From contig JAPKYU010000480.1 in NCBI GenBank assembly GCA_026394175.1, forward strand, positions 1 through 43,588: a DNA stretch of 43,588 nucleotides, written 5' to 3'. This DNA is from Acidobacteriota bacterium. GTDB lineage: Bacteria; Acidobacteriota; Terriglobia; JAJPHL01; JAPKYU01. Position 1 is the first letter of the stretch. Each line of letters starts with the position of its first letter. Under the pieces are notes generated by a model, which searched no databases, was not told where the DNA came from, and was given only the letters and a program-made list of their open reading frames with translations. Below are positions 8,819 through 16,889 of the stretch, piece by piece. Both the position numbers and the translations under genes were made by a program.

Positions 8819-10146
8819 GCTTATTTCATCACAAAGGCACAAAGGCACAAAGACACAAAGGGAACTCCTTCTTGGTGTCTTTGTGCCTTTGTGCCTTTGT
8901 GATAGGCGTTTCCGCTTTGCAGGCGCAAACCGGCCCGGCCGACCAGGAGGCGCTGGCCAAAGCCGAGGAAGCCATCAGCGCCAAGGACTACGCCAAAGCC
9001 CTCGCCGCGCTGGAACAACTGGTTGCCAGGGATCCGAAGAACTACCGGGCGTTGTTCGACATCGCCTACGCCTGCACCATGATGGGCGAGCGTGCCAAGG
9101 CCATTGAGGCCTATCGGAAGACGCTGGCCGTGCGCCCCGACCTGCCCCAGGCCAACGTGAACCTGGCGACGCTGCTGCTGGAGGAAAAGCAGGCAGCCGA
9201 AGCGGCCGGTTTGCTGGCGAAGGTGGCGGCCGCGCGGCCGAGCGACGCCCACGTGCAGCTCTTGCTGGCCAACGCGCTGGCCGGCAGCGGCCAGGACACC
9301 GAGGCCGCCGTCCAATATCGAAAGGTGCTGGCGCTGGATCCCAACTCCCCGGAGGCCTGCCTGGGGTTGGGCCGTATCCTGGCCAAGCAGGGACAGAACG
9401 CGGAGGCGGAACAGCAATTCGCCCGCGCCCTCCAGTTGCAGCCCGGCGACCCGGCCACGGTGCTGGAGGCGGGCCGCTTTTACGAAGCGGCCGGAAAAGG
9501 GGAGCAAGCCCTGCGCCTGTACGCCGGCCTGGCGGCCAAACAGCCGCAGAATGCCCAGGCGCGCCGCCGCTTGGGCGAATTGCTGCTCCACCAGAAGCGT
9601 TACGCCGAGGCGGCTACGGAACTGGAGGCAGCGGCCCGGCTGGCGCCCTCCCCACAGGACGACTGGAATTTGGCCCGTGCCTATGCCGGCGCCAAGCAAC
9701 CGGCGCAGGCCGTCCCCCTGCTCCGAAAAGTAGTGGCCGCCAATCCCGGTGACTACGACGCGCACCTGTTGTTGGGGGAGATGCTGACGTCGCTGCGCGA
9801 ATTCGCTGCGGCCCGCCCGGAACTGGAAGCCGCGGCCCGCCTGCGCCCCGAGGTCCCCGATGCCTGGGTGGACCTGGCCAACGTTTTGTACCTGCAGGGG
9901 GACTTGCCCGGCGCCGTCAGTATGCTGGACCGTGTGGCCGCCACCGGCCGCAAGACCGCCTGGTACTATTTCCTTCGCGCCATCACTCTGGATAAACTGG
10001 AAGTGCTGGACGAGGCCTTGGAATGTTACAAACAGTTTCTGGCGGCAGCCAACGGCGCCTACCCGGACCAGGAATTCCAGGCCCGCCAGCGCATCAAGGC
10101 CATCAACCTGCGCCTGGAAAAGGGCTGGAAACGGAGAAAACGGTGA
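8815..10146 (+). CDS. TPR-repeat protein, possibly secreted
   Basis: Multiple TPR-like repeats (AxxxYxkaLxxxPxxxxA). GTG 8815 overlaps the uvrA stop (GTGA). An alternative start is GTG 8899, after the palindrome. The long form begins with a signal-peptide-like sequence encoded by the palindrome itself. Confidence 0.8.
   Translation: MSLFHHKGTKAQRHKGNSFLVSLCLCAFVIGVSALQAQTGPADQEALAKAEEAISAKDYAKALAALEQLVARDPKNYRALFDIAYACTMMGERAKAIEAYRKTLAVRPDLPQANVNLATLLLEEKQAAEAAGLLAKVAAARPSDAHVQLLLANALAGSGQDTEAAVQYRKVLALDPNSPEACLGLGRILAKQGQNAEAEQQFARALQLQPGDPATVLEAGRFYEAAGKGEQALRLYAGLAAKQPQNAQARRRLGELLLHQKRYAEAATELEAAARLAPSPQDDWNLARAYAGAKQPAQAVPLLRKVVAANPGDYDAHLLLGEMLTSLREFAAARPELEAAARLRPEVPDAWVDLANVLYLQGDLPGAVSMLDRVAATGRKTAWYYFLRAITLDKLEVLDEALECYKQFLAAANGAYPDQEFQARQRIKAINLRLEKGWKRRKR
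8828..8903. repeat. periodic palindrome, CACAAAGG 8-mer family (perfect 29-nt arms)
   Basis: ATCACAAAGGCACAAAGGCACAAAGACAC (8828-8856) is the exact reverse complement of GTGTCTTTGTGCCTTTGTGCCTTTGTGAT (8875-8903). The spacer is 18 nt. Confidence 0.9.
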
Positions 10147-10619
10147 GCACCAGGGCCAAGCATTTCGCGGCGTCCGGTCTGCTGGCGCTTTCTCTGGCCG
10201 CCTGGGCGGCCACCGGCGACGACCAGGCGCGGATCAAGGCCAAGGCGCAAGCCGAAAAAGACCCCATCAAGCGCGCTCAACTGGAAATCCGGCTGGCCCA
10301 GTTCCGCCTGGACGGCGCCCAGAAGGCTTATGAAGAGGGCGTGCCCGACAAGGGGCTGGCGGAACTCAAGGAGATGATGGCGCTGGTTCAGGATGCGCAC
10401 AACCGGATGTTTGAAACCGGCCGCAATCCGCGTAAGAAGCCCAAGGGCTTCAAGGAAGCCGAAATCAAGTTCCGGGAGATGACGCGCCGCCTGAAGGATT
10501 TGCGGCTGTCGATCCCGGTCGACGATCGCGACCCGCTCGATAGCATGATCGCCAAGATCGTCAAGATGCAGGAACACCTGCTGAAGGGCTTGATGCAGGT
10601 CGATGAAGCCAAGAAATAG
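10143..10619 (+). CDS. secreted helical protein, function unknown
   Basis: GTG 10143 overlaps the TPR gene stop (GTGA). The N-terminus VSTRAKHFAASGLLALSLAAWAATG is signal-like. The rest is charged and helical. Confidence 0.6.
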   Translation: MSTRAKHFAASGLLALSLAAWAATGDDQARIKAKAQAEKDPIKRAQLEIRLAQFRLDGAQKAYEEGVPDKGLAELKEMMALVQDAHNRMFETGRNPRKKPKGFKEAEIKFREMTRRLKDLRLSIPVDDRDPLDSMIAKIVKMQEHLLKGLMQVDEAKK

Positions 10620-10674
10620 GCTGTAGGCTGTGGGCTCTGGGCCAGCCTACAAGCCACGGCTTGCAGCCCACAGC
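10619..10674. repeat. periodic imperfect palindrome, CTGTAGG/CCCACAG 7-mer family
   Basis: GGCTGTAGGCTGTGGGCT...AGCCCACAGC. GCTGTGGGCT (10627-10636) pairs with AGCCCACAGC (10665-10674), and there is an inner hairpin CAAGCC-AC-GGCTTG. It fills the whole spacer between the stop at 10617-10619 and ATG 10677. Confidence 0.6.
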
Positions 10675-10676
10675 GT

Positions 10677-11219
10677 ATGGGAAACATGAGGCAAGCTGTT
10701 TTAATGGCGGTGCTGCCCGCCATAGTGCTGTGCGTGCTCGCTACGGCGCAGCGGCGCGAATTCCTGACCGATGGCGAGATCGAGGCCATCCGCGAGGCCC
10801 AGGAGCCGAACGAGCGCCTCAAGCTCTACACCGACTTTGCCCACCAGCGGCTTTGGCTGGTGGAAAAGGCGCTGGCCGGTTCCGAGGCCGATCGCGCCCA
10901 GCAGATCCACACCACACTGAGCGAATACAACCGCATCCTGGAGGCCATCGACGCCAACGTTGACCAGGCCCTGACGCACCGCGACCTGGTGCGCAAGGGC
11001 CTGGAGTACGCGCTCAAGAACGAGCCGGATTTCCTGAAACTGCTTCAGTCCTTCCAGGCCCGCAATCCCAAGGACCTGGACGAGTACCGGTTCGCTCTCA
11101 GCCAAGCCATCGAGAATACCAAAGACAGCATCGACGGCCTGCGCGAGGCGCTTCAAAAACAGCCCAAGGGCCGCCAGCAAGAAAAAGAGGCCAGGGAAAC
11201 AAAGGGGAAAAAGGGGTAA
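10677..11219 (+). CDS. secreted helical protein, function unknown
   Basis: 180 aa. The N-terminal hydrophobic segment AVLMAVLPAIVLCVLATAQ is followed by charged helical sequence and a Lys/Glu-rich tail. Confidence 0.65.
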   Translation: MGNMRQAVLMAVLPAIVLCVLATAQRREFLTDGEIEAIREAQEPNERLKLYTDFAHQRLWLVEKALAGSEADRAQQIHTTLSEYNRILEAIDANVDQALTHRDLVRKGLEYALKNEPDFLKLLQSFQARNPKDLDEYRFALSQAIENTKDSIDGLREALQKQPKGRQQEKEARETKGKKG

Positions 11220-11998
11220 TGGCGGAAGAGCCGATTTCGGATTTCGGATTTCGGATTTCGGATTTCAAGCTCGAAGGCGGTTCGCAGCCGGCAATCCGCA
11301 ATCCGAAATCCGAAATCCGAAATTTGTTCGCCTCGGTGTTCCGCGAACTGAAGCCGCGGACCACCCGGCCGGACTTCGACATTCAGTTCCGTCCCTTTGC
11401 CGACGTGAACCACACCATACGCCTGCGGGAGGGGCGGGTGGTGGCGCGGCTGTCCGACCTGCTGCAGGGCGCGCCGCCGCCGGTGTGGGAAGCGCTGGCC
11501 TTCATCCTGCTCTGCAAACTGTACCGCCGGCCGGTCCCGGCCTGCCACGAGGCGCGCTATCGCCGCTTTCTGGGGCGCAAAGAGGTGCGCCGGCAGGTGG
11601 AGCTGGTGCGGCAGGCGCGTGGCCGCAAGCACCTGGACCCGCCGCAAGGCGCCGTCTACAACCTGGAGCGGATTTTTCAGGAACTCAATGCCCGGTTCTT
11701 CCACGGCCTGTTGGGGATGCCGGTTCTGGGCTGGAGCCGCAGCCGGTCGCGGACCATGCTCGGGCATTTCGATTCCGCCCACAACACCATCACCATCAGC
11801 CGCCTGTTCGATTCCCAAGCGGCGCCCAGGTACGTCCTGGAGTATCTGATGTATCACGAGATGTTGCACCTGAGGTACCCGGTGGTGCATTGTGCGGGAC
11901 GGCGCCGCGTGCACCCTGCCGAGTTTCAGCGCGACGAGCAGTTATTCCCGCGATACCAAGAAGTGCGCCGGGCGCTGAAAGCGCTTCAGTTACAGTAG
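11219..11998 (+). CDS. SprT-like zinc metallopeptidase-domain protein
   Basis: FQELNARFFHGLL...LGWSRSRSRTMLGHF...ITISRLF...YLMYHEMLHL (HExxH) resembles the SprT-like family. ATG 11219 overlaps the upstream stop (TAATG). Alternative starts are TTG 11324 and GTG 11336, after the GATTTCG hairpin. Confidence 0.65.
   Translation: MAEEPISDFGFRISDFKLEGGSQPAIRNPKSEIRNLFASVFRELKPRTTRPDFDIQFRPFADVNHTIRLREGRVVARLSDLLQGAPPPVWEALAFILLCKLYRRPVPACHEARYRRFLGRKEVRRQVELVRQARGRKHLDPPQGAVYNLERIFQELNARFFHGLLGMPVLGWSRSRSRTMLGHFDSAHNTITISRLFDSQAAPRYVLEYLMYHEMLHLRYPVVHCAGRRRVHPAEFQRDEQLFPRYQEVRRALKALQLQ
11233..11323. repeat. periodic palindrome, GATTTCG/CGAAATC 7-mer family
   Basis: (GATTTCG)x4.9 occupies 11233-11266. 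Complementary AATCCGCAATCCGAAATCCGAAATCCGAAAT occupies 11293-11323, giving at least 24 nt of exact complementarity. Confidence 0.85.
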
Positions 11999-12154
11999 CT
12001 TGCCCGCGATCCGTGGCTTTCCCCTTTTTTGCAACGAATCGCCCTGCGCCTGCATCTTATGGTTGTGGTGAACGACTCGCGGGCGGCTGCCCGCGAGGAC
12101 GAAGAAGAAACTGCCGGCCCGGCGGTACCGGCGCACGACAGGCGGGAATAGAAG

Positions 12155-12385
12155 ATGTTGAACCTTTTGATGGACACTTTTTTCGGGTGCAGCCACAAGA
12201 ACACCGGTTTTCCCATTACTCCCCGATCAAAATTGCCACGCAGGCGATTCGACACCTACGTGGTATGCCTCGATTGCGGGAAGGAAATGCCCTACAGTTG
12301 GGAAGAGATGCGGCTGGTGAGCGCGTCCCCGAAGTCCGCTCCCCCGGTGGCCGAACAGGTGGGTTCCTTGTCGATCACGAAGTAG
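12155..12385 (+). CDS. small Cys/His zinc-binding-like protein, function unknown
   Basis: 76 aa. GCSH...YVVCLDCGKEMPYSWEEM resembles a small conserved hypothetical family, recalled from memory. Confidence 0.5.
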   Translation: MLNLLMDTFFGCSHKNTGFPITPRSKLPRRRFDTYVVCLDCGKEMPYSWEEMRLVSASPKSAPPVAEQVGSLSITK

Positions 12386-12438
12386 GCTGGGGAAAGAACC
12401 CCGGTCGAGTTTCCTCAGGGTTTCCAGTCAGCGGGTCA

Positions 12439-12476
12439 GAAGCCGCCCGGCGCACCTCGGTCCGCCGGGCGGCTTC
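12439..12476. terminator. bidirectional stem-loop between convergent genes
   Basis: GAAGCCGCCCGGCG (12439-12452) and CGCCGGGCGGCTTC (12463-12476) form a perfect 14-bp stem with a 10-nt loop. Confidence 0.6.
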
Positions 12477-12572
12477 GCTGTTCCTCTCCCTACGTTCTCT
12501 CCAATTGCTCACCGAGCCGCTCGGGCGTTACTCCGACTTCTCTCTGCCTGAAATCGAGGACTGGCAGACGGC

Positions 12573-12791
12573 TCAAACCGACACCTCAATCTGTTGCAAA
12601 CCCGCGAAGCGAGGAAGGTTGTCAACCGCGCCCTGGTATTCTTCCAGGCACAGTTCCAGGACCTCCCTCAGATTTGCATGGAGTTCATCGAGCGTGGCAG
12701 CCTGGGTGTGCGCGCCCGGAACACCGGGGACGATCCCCACATAAAGATTCGCCTCCGGATCCCACTCCACGTAAGCTGTAAAGCTCCTCAT
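12573..12791 (-). CDS. hicB: HicB-family antitoxin (UPF0150-like)
   Basis: MRSFTAYVEWDPEANLYVGIVPGVPGAHTQAATLDELHANLREVLELCLEE is a typical HicB N-domain. The start is taken at Met25 of ORF 12573..12863. Confidence 0.7.
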   Translation of the reverse strand: MRSFTAYVEWDPEANLYVGIVPGVPGAHTQAATLDELHANLREVLELCLEEYQGAVDNLPRFAGLQQIEVSV

Positions 12792-12895
12792 TCGGCCCTC
12801 ACCACTTGATAGGCTACCACGGATGGGACTATTCCCGGGCTGCTCTGATTTGCGGCTTGACATCGGGCCGCCCGCCAGGTGAAAACGTCTGCAGA

Positions 12896-14035
12896 GTGAA
12901 AACGGGGAAGCCGAGTTTCACGGCGTTGGCGTTGCTGCTGGCCGCGCTGGCGATCACCTGCGCGCTGGCCTACGCGCGCTTCCGCTCCGGCCAGCCGGCG
13001 CTGCGCGATTTTCTTTCCTTCTATGCGGGCGGGCAACTGTTCCTGGAATCGCCGCCGTTCACGTGGTCGGCGGCGCCGGCGCGCATCTACTCGGCAAAGG
13101 CGCAGCGCGACATGGAGTCACGGCTGCGGCCGGGCGCGCCGTACATGCCCTGCCTGCGTCCGCCGCTGTTCTGGGCCATGGTGGCGCCGCTCTCGCGCCT
13201 GTCCATTGAGAACGCGCTGATGGTCTGGCTGGCGCTGAACGCGGCTGCCGCGGCGGCCATCGGGCTTTGGGCGGCGGCCCGCATGGGAGAGCCGGCGATG
13301 CTGCTTCTCCTGGCTCTGTTTGTGCCGCTGATTGTGAGCCTCAGCGTCGGGCAGGACACGCCGTTGCTGGTTTTGGTGCTGCTGGGGTTCCTGGCGCTGC
13401 TGGAGCGCGGCCGCCCGGCCGCCGCCGCCGTCCTGCTGTCGCTGCTCTGGGTGAAGCCGCAATGGCTGCCGCCGTTCGTGCTGTTGCTGCTGGCGCGCAG
13501 AGAATGGCGCGCGCTGGGCGTGCTGGCCGGCCTCAGCGCCGCCCTCTGGGCGGTTTTCCCGCCGCTGCCTTACCTTCGGTTTCTGAACGAAGTGCGGCAC
13601 TCACCCGGCGTCCCGGCCTGCCTGGCCTGCATGCCGAACGTGCGGGGACTGGCGGCCTGGCTGGGCGGGGTCCAGGCCATGGGACCGGCAGCCGCCGTGG
13701 GGGCCGGCGCCGCCTGGGCTATCGTGTATATGCGAGCGCGCCGCGGTTCGTTGTCCGCCGGCTTCGCGCCGGCGTGCCTGGCCGCCTTGCTCGCCGGTTA
13801 CTACTCTCACATCTATGACTGCCTGCTGGTGGTTCCCGCTGTCGCGGCGGCAGCGTCGGACGAATTTCAGGCGCCCTGGCAAAAGGCTACCGCCGGCGTC
13901 GCGCTCTCGCCGCTTCCTTACCTGGCTTCCTACTGGGGCCCCGCTCTGCGGGGATTCCCCGCCGTGACCGCGCTGGCAGTATTTGCCGCGCTTGCGGCCG
14001 GGAAAAGTGCTGCGCGCCGGGCGCCGCAAAAGTAG
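12896..14035 (+). CDS. polytopic membrane protein, GT87/DUF2029-like glycosyltransferase candidate
   Basis: About 10 hydrophobic segments. The early motif RDFLSFYAGGQL resembles the DF..FY signature of DUF2029/GT87. GTG 12896 was chosen because it precedes the first TM segment. Confidence 0.55.
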   Translation: MKTGKPSFTALALLLAALAITCALAYARFRSGQPALRDFLSFYAGGQLFLESPPFTWSAAPARIYSAKAQRDMESRLRPGAPYMPCLRPPLFWAMVAPLSRLSIENALMVWLALNAAAAAAIGLWAAARMGEPAMLLLLALFVPLIVSLSVGQDTPLLVLVLLGFLALLERGRPAAAAVLLSLLWVKPQWLPPFVLLLLARREWRALGVLAGLSAALWAVFPPLPYLRFLNEVRHSPGVPACLACMPNVRGLAAWLGGVQAMGPAAAVGAGAAWAIVYMRARRGSLSAGFAPACLAALLAGYYSHIYDCLLVVPAVAAAASDEFQAPWQKATAGVALSPLPYLASYWGPALRGFPAVTALAVFAALAAGKSAARRAPQK

Positions 14036-14265
14036 CGTTGTGCCTCAGAAGCGGGTCGACAATGGCGAAGGCAGAAGAGTGCACGCAATCGACCATGGAA
14101 GTCCCCCCGGGCGACGCCCTCCGACGCGAGGAGCCCGCGCGGCCGTCAGTGAAACTACCTTTGAGCCGGGAACGTGTCAAGCAGGCCGTTGGACCACCCC
14201 CGGCCCCCACACCGACAGCCGTGGACATTCCGTGCTTTGAAAAAACGCAGGCCCGGCGGCCGCCG

Positions 14266-15531
14266 CTACGGGCGGGAGGCTGCGCGCCTCGCGAGGCTCC
14301 ACTTCAGAGCCGGCGGGGTGACGAGCGTGGTGACAAGGACCATCACGACAACCGCGGAAAACGTGGCCGCGTCCATGATCGGCCTGCCGCCGATGCTCAG
14401 AGACAGGCCAATGTTGGCGAAAATCAGGCCAACTTCGCCGCGCGGAATCATGCCCAAGCCCACCGACCAGCGGTCCACGCCTGCCTGAAACACACCGAGC
14501 GCGCAGGCCTGTTTGCCGATGACCGCGGCAACGACCAGCGCGGCGGCAAGCCCCAGAACGCTTGGCTCGGCAAACACGCGCAGGTCAGTCCGCATGCCCA
14601 TCAGCACGAAGAACACCGGCGCGAGGAAGTCCACCAGCGGCCGGACCAGTTCGCCCAGCGCCCGCTCGTCGCGCGCAACGAAACCGCGGTAGTGAACGTC
14701 CTCCAGAATCAGGCCGGCGGCAAACGCGCCGACGATGGGCGCCAACCCGACGGCTCCGGCCGCCCAGGAAAGCAGGAAGCAGAAGGACAGCCCGGTGGCC
14801 AGCAGCACGCCCCGCGCTCGGATTCTGGAAGCGGTCGAAAAGATCCGGGGCGAAAGCAGGACGCCGAGCACAAGAGATCCCACCAGGAAAACAATCGCCT
14901 TGGCAAGAACCGCAAGGACAGCGACCGCAGAAAAGCCGCCGCTGACGTCCGCCCTGGTGATCATGCCGGTCACAACGGCGAGGATCACCAGACCGAGAAC
15001 ATCGTCAATGACCGCCGCGCCGAGGATCACCCGTGCTTCCGCGCTCTTCGAGTGGCCCAGATCCTGAAACACCCGGGCGGTGATGCCGACGCTGGTCGCG
15101 CACAGAGTGGCGCCGAGGAAGGCGTGCACGTAGGGGCCCGAATCGGGCAGCAGCAGCGCTCCCACGCCCCAGCCTAAGGCAAAGGGAGCCAAAACTCCCA
15201 GTGCCGCGACGGAGAGCGCCGTTCTCCCCACCCGCAGCATTTCACCAACCGTCGATTCCAGGCCGACCTCGAACAGCAGGATGATTACGCCCAGGCGGGC
15301 AATCATGTCCACCATCGGGTCGTGCGTGATCTGTGCCAGGCCCGGCACGCCCACGAGCGCCAGATTGCCGAGCACGATGCCGACAACCAGCTCGCCCAGT
15401 ACCGCCGGCTGCCCCAGCCGCACCGCCGCGTGGCCGCCGATCTTGGCCGCCATCAGCAGAATCGCCAGCCCCAGCATCAGCGAGGTGACCGGGTCCGGTG
15501 CGAGAAACGCGAGCGCCACCATCGAATTCAT
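14266..15531 (-). CDS. cation:proton antiporter (Na+/H+ exchanger / Kef-like family)
   Basis: MNSMVALAFL...LGQPAVLGELVVGIVLGN... with about 12 TM segments. ATG at 15531 was chosen because the longer TTG start at 15549 lies inside a repeat element. Confidence 0.85.
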   Translation of the reverse strand: MNSMVALAFLAPDPVTSLMLGLAILLMAAKIGGHAAVRLGQPAVLGELVVGIVLGNLALVGVPGLAQITHDPMVDMIARLGVIILLFEVGLESTVGEMLRVGRTALSVAALGVLAPFALGWGVGALLLPDSGPYVHAFLGATLCATSVGITARVFQDLGHSKSAEARVILGAAVIDDVLGLVILAVVTGMITRADVSGGFSAVAVLAVLAKAIVFLVGSLVLGVLLSPRIFSTASRIRARGVLLATGLSFCFLLSWAAGAVGLAPIVGAFAAGLILEDVHYRGFVARDERALGELVRPLVDFLAPVFFVLMGMRTDLRVFAEPSVLGLAAALVVAAVIGKQACALGVFQAGVDRWSVGLGMIPRGEVGLIFANIGLSLSIGGRPIMDAATFSAVVVMVLVTTLVTPPALKWSLARRAASRP

Positions 15532-15616
15532 TGAACCACAAAGCCACAAAGAACACGAAGGTTCACACAGCGTAAAGCTTCGTGAACTTGGTGGTCTTCG
15601 CTTCTTTGTGGTGAAC
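15531..15616. repeat. degenerate periodic palindrome, CACAAAG/CACGAAG family
   Basis: CCACAAAGAA (15544-15553) pairs with TTCTTTGTGG (15602-15611). CGAAG pairs with CTTCG, and GTTCAC with GTGAAC. It fills the spacer between the chrA stop and the antiporter start. Confidence 0.55.
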
Positions 15617-15621
15617 GAACT

Positions 15622-16815
15622 CTATTTTTCCGGAATGATGCCCGCGATTCCGAGTGCGGCGCCGGCGGCCAGCACCAGCGCCGGCGGTGCTTTGATCCGA
15701 ACCAGCAAGAGGAAGGCCACGCCGGCCAGCAGGCCGCTACGCCAGGAGGTCAGCGCGTCGCGGCCCAGCAGCGCGGCGGCGCCGGCAATCAGCCCCACAA
15801 CGGCGGGGCCGATGCCGGCCAGGAAATCGGCCGCCCGCCTGCCGTGTCCGGCACGCCCATATCCGTGGCTCAACAAGAGCATCACCACAATAGCCGGCAG
15901 ATAGAGCGAAAAGGTGGCCACCAGCGCGCCGGCCACGCCGCTCAACTTGTAGCCGGCAAAGGTGGCCAGCACGGAAACCGGCCCCGGGGTCATGTTGCTG
16001 ATGGCGACTCCGTCGACGAATTCAGTGGCGCTCAACCAGCCGCGCTCCACCACCAGTTGCTGATACAGGACCGGGATCACGACGAAGCCGCCGCCGAGAA
16101 ACATGAAGCCCATTTTCAGGAAGGCCGTGGCCAGCTTCGCCAGGGGGATGGCCGGCCACGCGCCTGCCAGCCACAAACAGAGGCCGGCCGAGGCCGGCGG
16201 CTGGCGGCTGGCGGCTGGCGGCGGCTTTGGCCGGCCGCCGCCAGTTGCTTTGTTGAGCGCTTCCCTGCCGAGCAACAGCCCGGCCACGCCAGCGGCAATC
16301 AGGATGTACAGCGGGTTGGTTTTCGACAGGCCGCCGAGAAATGCGGCGGCGGCAATGCCTGCCGCCGGCCACCCGCGAACCGCCTTTTCACCCATGGACC
16401 ACGCGGCTGCCAGAATCAGCGCAATCACCACCGCGCCCAGGCCCGCCATGGCCCCCCGCAAGGCCGGAAGGGTGTGATAGGCGAAGTAGAGCCGCGAAAG
16501 CAAGAGAACGACAACCATCGACGGGGCAACGAAGGCCAGCAGCGAAAGAATCCCGCCCGCCGGGCCGTGCAGGCGGTAGCCGACGAACAGCGAGGTATTG
16601 ACGGCGAAAGGCCCCAGCACCTGGGCCAGGCCCACGCCATGAAGGAACTCGTCGGCGGCGATGGCGCGCCGCTTGCGCACGAACCTCTCTTCCATGACGG
16701 CGATGATGGCCATGCCGCCGCCAAACCCAATCGCGCCGATCTTCAGAAACTCCAGCAGGACGGCGGGCAGTGAGAGCGGCTTCTGTTCCGGTGCGCCTTG
16801 TGGGCCGGTGCTCAT
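15622..16815 (-). CDS. chrA: chromate transporter (CHR family, two-domain)
   Basis: LEFLKIGAIGFGGGMAIIAVME...EFLHGVGLAQVLGPFAV, with a second similar half (FLKMGFMFLGGGFVVIPVL). Confidence 0.85.
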   Translation of the reverse strand: MSTGPQGAPEQKPLSLPAVLLEFLKIGAIGFGGGMAIIAVMEERFVRKRRAIAADEFLHGVGLAQVLGPFAVNTSLFVGYRLHGPAGGILSLLAFVAPSMVVVLLLSRLYFAYHTLPALRGAMAGLGAVVIALILAAAWSMGEKAVRGWPAAGIAAAAFLGGLSKTNPLYILIAAGVAGLLLGREALNKATGGGRPKPPPAASRQPPASAGLCLWLAGAWPAIPLAKLATAFLKMGFMFLGGGFVVIPVLYQQLVVERGWLSATEFVDGVAISNMTPGPVSVLATFAGYKLSGVAGALVATFSLYLPAIVVMLLLSHGYGRAGHGRRAADFLAGIGPAVVGLIAGAAALLGRDALTSWRSGLLAGVAFLLLVRIKAPPALVLAAGAALGIAGIIPEK

Positions 16816-16889
16816 CGTTCCGCCACCATGCTAACTCCGATGGGCCGTGGGAGCCAATCCGTACCTTGAATTTGAAACTTGAGACTTCT

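Noticed and set aside
12480-12572. 28-codon frame downstream of hicB as a HicA toxin.
   Set aside because: It is far too short and lacks the HicA dsRBD-like N-terminal part. At most it is a remnant.
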